Positions 63,937-64,000 of a stretch of 64,000 nt of DNA are shown here, piece by piece. This DNA is from Parasitella parasitica NRRL 2501. Its lineage: Eukaryota > Fungi > Mucoromycota. Location of the stretch: positions 64,657 through 128,656 of the forward strand of contig MU619309.1 of the NCBI GenBank assembly GCA_025201805.1, read 5' to 3'. Under the pieces are notes generated by a model. The model ran no database searches, was not told the DNA's origin, and saw only the letters and a list, made by a program, of their open reading frames with translations. Position 1 is the first letter of the stretch. Every line of letters starts with the position of its first letter. The position numbers were made by a program, and so were the translations under genes.

Positions 63937-64000
63937 TTGTAAGAGAATAAAATCATCCTTTACATGACAATAAGAGCCTTTTTTTTTTTTTTTTTTTTTT

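Noticed and set aside
1-64000. Biosynthetic gene cluster, CRISPR array, tRNA/rRNA genes or prokaryotic contamination
   Set aside because: None seen. The MFS, methyltransferase and ACAD neighbours lack a backbone enzyme, and the genes carry spliceosomal introns.

Overview
Gene-dense, intron-rich eukaryotic DNA from an early-diverging fungus, most likely Mucorales (short 50-70 nt GT-AG introns with CTRAY branch points; a kinase resembling Phycomyces PkpA). It is a draft assembly with several N gaps next to homopolymers. About 30 protein-coding genes can be reconstructed by hand-splicing, mostly housekeeping: RPL3, CBP3, a NEM1-like phosphatase, an NT-C2 protein, RPL37, importin-9, an FG-nucleoporin, profilin, DBP10, G-beta, a TBC Rab-GAP, PRO1, RPT6, bystin, a WNK kinase, CHMP7, an SRPBCC protein, tropomyosin, RPL43, Kelch-BTB, RPL35, HSP90, an MFS transporter, a methyltransferase, acyl-CoA dehydrogenase and HBS1. 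No tRNA, rRNA, CRISPR array or intact transposase was seen. The notable biology is in RNA processing. (1) A SKI7/HBS1Lv3-like ORF is nested in a 995-nt HBS1 intron, apparently with its own TATA promoter, and is bracketed by complementary (AG)10/(CT)20 microsatellites that could zip the intron shut. (2) Long ribosomal-protein introns also fold back on themselves. (3) A profilin intron looks like two abutting introns with a zero-length exon. (4) Importin-9 carries an AT-AC U12 intron. (5) One gene resembles metazoan ICE1 (little elongation complex scaffold). All homology calls are from motif recognition and memory, not from searches.
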